From assembly GCF_001194135.2 (NCBI RefSeq), contig NC_068993.1:52249762-52313761 (forward strand): a stretch of DNA of 64,000 nucleotides, in the 5' to 3' direction. Both the position numbers and the translations under genes were made by a program. The stretch is from Octopus bimaculoides (Eukaryota). The notes below the pieces were generated by a model, which was given only the letters and a program-made list of their open reading frames with translations, did not search any database and was not told where the DNA came from. Shown piece after piece: positions 63,680 to 64,000 of the stretch (the stretch's first letter is position 1; each line of letters begins with the position of its first letter).

Positions 63680-64000
63680 CCTTGATTATAACTAAATATG
63701 TTCACTCAATCGTGTCGGCCTTCTTTTTAGGTGCAAAATATACTATCACGTGACACTAACACACAGACATAGCGGGAAACATACAAAAGATTATAAACTC
63801 AACCATGTGTTTATTCTCTACAAACACTTGACAGAAAACATTCAAGATATTGATTGTTTGGACTTGTTCAGTCAACTGTGTCCAAAATGGAGATGAACAC
63901 CATTCCTCCATGTGATCAACTTGAGAAATTGTTAGTATATTAAGATATTTTTCTTAAAACCCGAAATCAATGGTAGCCTTAATACACACACACACACACA

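Overview
This is AT-rich animal genomic DNA from a gapped short-read scaffold, with ten N-runs that mostly break at (TA)n. The repeat complement looks cephalopod (Octopus-like); this is an inference from the SINE/LINE sequences and microsatellite load, not a database result. No intact long ORF is present, and almost all tracked ORFs are microsatellite or N artefacts. The window is dominated by tRNA-headed SINEs of at least four families. It also holds 5'-truncated LINE ends (RTE-BovB, Expander/Rex3-like RTE, a Dong/R4 element in (AAT)n), hAT and mariner relics and MITEs with recoverable TIRs/TSDs, a Helentron-type HINE and a tRNA-Gly pseudogene. Short plus-strand segments with good splice signals and one open frame suggest the window is largely intronic to one multi-exon gene. 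Some of these peptides resemble GAF domains of a PDE2-like phosphodiesterase (low-moderate confidence). The most interesting signal is four unrelated loci carrying type I hammerhead-ribozyme-like motifs with palindromic stem III (Penelope/retrozyme style). The best sits in a 158-bp-arm palindrome at 48.2-48.5 kb: one arm keeps the CUGANGA, GAAA and GUA motifs and has an unusually long (~67 nt insert) structured stem II. There is also an unexplained 92-nt pre-miRNA-like hairpin at 36.0 kb. All alignments and folds were done by eye; coordinates of repeat ends are approximate unless TIR/TSD are quoted.
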